A stretch of DNA of 6,147 nt from an uncultured archaeon (GTDB lineage Archaea; Iainarchaeota; Iainarchaeia; Iainarchaeales; 0-14-0-20-30-16): positions 34,259 through 40,405 of the forward strand of contig CAZQQS010000005.1 of the NCBI GenBank assembly GCA_964595665.1, in the 5' to 3' direction. The position numbers and the translations under genes were made by a program. The notes beneath the pieces were generated by a model. The model made no database searches. It worked only from the letters and a program-made list of their open reading frames with translations, and was not told the origin of the DNA. Below are positions 5,258 to 6,147 of this stretch, piece after piece; the stretch's first letter is position 1, and each line of letters starts with the position of its first letter.

Positions 5258-6147
5258 TTAATCAATTTAATTTTATAACCTTTTTCGTGATTCTGTTTAA
5301 CTGCTAATAAATCTATTAAATATTTTGGATTTGCATCTGAATATTTTTTTACTTGATTATTAGAATCTAAAAACTTTGGATCAACATATCTGAATTTTTT
5401 TTGTAAATGAAAATCATAATTATTTTCACAAATTTCAAAATTAATTATTTTGAAAATAAGTTTTAAATTGTCTTGAATATATTTTTCTTTTGATAATAAC
5501 AATTTATCTATAATATATTGATCATCTTTGTGCAAATCTTCTAATAAAATTATTTTTTTATCTATTGCAAATCTTAATACTTTTGCAGTTAGTTCGTAAC
5601 GAACCATATTATCTACCGAACCCCAATGTTGCCGCTCCATTAAAGAATAATATTTTGCAAATAATTCTGCAGATTTTAAATTACCAAAAATAATGTTATT
5701 ATTAAAAACAATTAAATTATTATAACAATAAATAGCATCTTCGAAATTAATTGTTTGAAATAATTCTCGCAAAGTATAATCTATTCTGTCTGCACAAATA
5801 TCTGGCGCATTATTCTCCAATAATGAAAATTTGTTTTTGCCATCTAATACTTCTGATAAATTTAAATTATATTTTCTTAAGATTTTTGGTATTTCTGTAT
5901 TTAAAAGAAATTCTTCTAAAATAGAATCTTGATAATTTTCATCAATATTTTTAAATAAAAAATCAGCCACGTGAGAAAACGCGGTATGTGATACATCATG
6001 TAATAAACCAGCAATTTGTTCTTCTAAACTTGCATTTAATTTTCTCAACAATAAAAATACACCTATAGAATGATCATATCTAGTAAAAGTTTTCATAAAA
6101 TAATATTTTTCAGGCAAACCATGTTGCCAAATTTTTTTTAATCTTTG
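5254..6147 (-). CDS. HD-domain metal-dependent phosphohydrolase, COG1078/SAMHD1-like (dNTP triphosphohydrolase-like). The N-terminus probably lies beyond the right edge.
   Basis: The full His...HD...D signature of this subfamily is present. It comprises TRYDHSIGV (His codon 6072..6070), LLHDVSHTAFSH (5971..6000) and ADRIDYTLRE (5764..5793; compare the family pattern DxDRxDYxxRD). The frame stays open from the track's TTG (6117) to the window edge. The extra residues QRLKKIWQHGL match the RLxxIxQxG element that normally precedes the first His in this family. The stop is TAG at 5256..5254. Confidence 0.85.
   Translation of the reverse strand, partial: QRLKKIWQHGLPEKYYFMKTFTRYDHSIGVFLLLRKLNASLEEQIAGLLHDVSHTAFSHVADFLFKNIDENYQDSILEEFLLNTEIPKILRKYNLNLSEVLDGKNKFSLLENNAPDICADRIDYTLRELFQTINFEDAIYCYNNLIVFNNNIIFGNLKSAELFAKYYSLMERQHWGSVDNMVRYELTAKVLRFAIDKKIILLEDLHKDDQYIIDKLLLSKEKYIQDNLKLIFKIINFEICENNYDFHLQKKFRYVDPKFLDSNNQVKKYSDANPKYLIDLLAVKQNHEKGYKIKLIN

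Noticed and set aside
6115-6117. TTG at 6117 as the start of the HD gene
   Set aside because: The frame stays open to the window edge. The upstream residues QRLKKIWQHGL resemble the conserved RLxxIxQxG element of the family, so the real start is most likely outside the window.
1-6147. Possible alternative genetic code or stop-codon reassignment
   Set aside because: TGA (Lrp), TAA (Elp3, the 246-aa gene and the 115-aa gene) and TAG (HD) all terminate ORFs of family-typical length. The conserved-family proteins read through with no internal stops. The standard code fits.
1-6147. CRISPR arrays, tRNA/rRNA/ncRNA genes, transposases/integrases, terminal inverted repeats
   Set aside because: I saw no periodic direct repeats. 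Only about 100 nt of non-coding sequence exists (2513..2539, 4094..4104, 4846..4909), which is too short for structured RNA genes. No ORF carries recombinase or transposase motifs.

Overview
The window is AT-rich (G+C judged by eye, not computed) and almost entirely coding. It reads as ordinary archaeal chromosome. The evidence is an Elp3 homologue, an Lrp/AsnC regulator, an AEKP-type topoisomerase IA, ribosome-binding motifs of the AGGTGA/GAGGA type and a TATA-like box. A small-genome (DPANN-like) or methanogen-like host is only an inference.

I support six genes:
- Minus strand, tightly packed, in transcription order: secreted/anchored hypothetical protein (4105..4845), Elp3 (2540..4093), Lrp/AsnC regulator (2033..2512) and topoisomerase IA (1..2027, or 1..2036 if the GTG start is used).
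- The topoisomerase ORF is missing from the supplied track because it runs off the left edge. I recovered it by hand translation as 678 uninterrupted codons.
- Plus strand: an orphan 115-aa alpha/beta protein (4910..5257).
- Minus strand: a COG1078/SAMHD1-type HD phosphohydrolase (5254..6147). Its frame stays open to the right edge, so the TTG start in the track is probably not the real one.

I see no RNA genes, CRISPR array, mobile element or long repeat. Only about 100 nt in total is non-coding.

I do not see a convincing novel multi-gene system. The items most worth follow-up are the 115-aa protein with a partial CARF-like motif pair, its stop-codon overlap with the convergent HD gene, the 64-bp divergent control region built around a palindromic TATA box, and the orphan surface protein that leads an operon of information-processing genes. 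All family assignments come from motif recognition by eye. No database search was run.
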